A stretch of DNA of 61,707 nt, the filler included. It is 3 parts of 3 records of this genome, joined end to end, with 100 filler letters (N's around TTAATTAATTAA, not from the genome) between each part and the next. Parts side by side here need not be neighbours in the genome. Positions count along the whole stretch, not along the records: positions 33,523 to 61,707 come from SRR31156797_4982; 2 more parts are not named here. One strand, written 5' to 3'. The notes under the pieces were generated by a model that was not told where the DNA came from, did no database searches, and was given only the letters and a program-made list of their open reading frames with translations. The position numbers and the translations under genes were made by a program. How positions within the stretch are numbered: the first letter of the stretch is position 1; every line of letters starts with the position of its first letter. Below, in pieces: positions 61,683 to 61,707 of the stretch.

Positions 61683-61707
61683 TATCTCAAAAACAACATC
61701 CATGCTG

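Overview
The window is three unrelated contigs joined by two artificial 100-nt spacers (N44-TTAATTAATTAA-N44 at 20426-20525 and 33423-33522), so synteny across the spacers means nothing. Taxonomic labels are inferred from gene content, promoter style and composition. Contig 1 (1-20425) looks Bacteroidota. It carries sucAB, an AddB-like nuclease, a REP-punctuated accessory patch (RelE/ParE toxin-antitoxin pair, MarC, hypothetical gene), an AmgK-like kinase fused to a RapZ C-terminal domain, an uncalled 45-aa Cys4 protein, a MurU-like nucleotidyltransferase, nhaA, PAP2, a lipid kinase, yidC and pyrG. Contig 2 (20526-33422) is AT-rich and Campylobacterota-like (Arcobacter/Sulfurimonas type). It has a signalling cluster (heme-c/PAS kinase, HD-GYP regulator, orphan ModA-like binding protein coupled to a hybrid kinase) next to a putative sigma54-driven nitrogen-fixation accessory operon (nifV, GNAT-like, CCE_0567-like, BFD-like, LRR), then sfsA, a Cys-rich receiver protein and a Cache MCP. 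Contig 3 (33523-61707) looks Deferribacterota. It has flgBC-fliEFGHIJ-motE running into O-methyltransferase/U32/ligA/ppsR, a surface lipoprotein, a TPR-kinase-sigma54 regulator-GT9 operon, cheV, cpoB, an NtrC-like regulator, rnr and a Cache-GGDEF-EAL gene. I found no rRNA, tRNA, CRISPR array or transposase. Best candidates for new biology: the ModA-like protein plus hybrid kinase beside the nif accessory operon, the LRR/BFD genes in that operon, a Cys4 tail on SucA, the REP-delimited gene cassette, and the AmgK-RapZ fusion with its small Cys protein.
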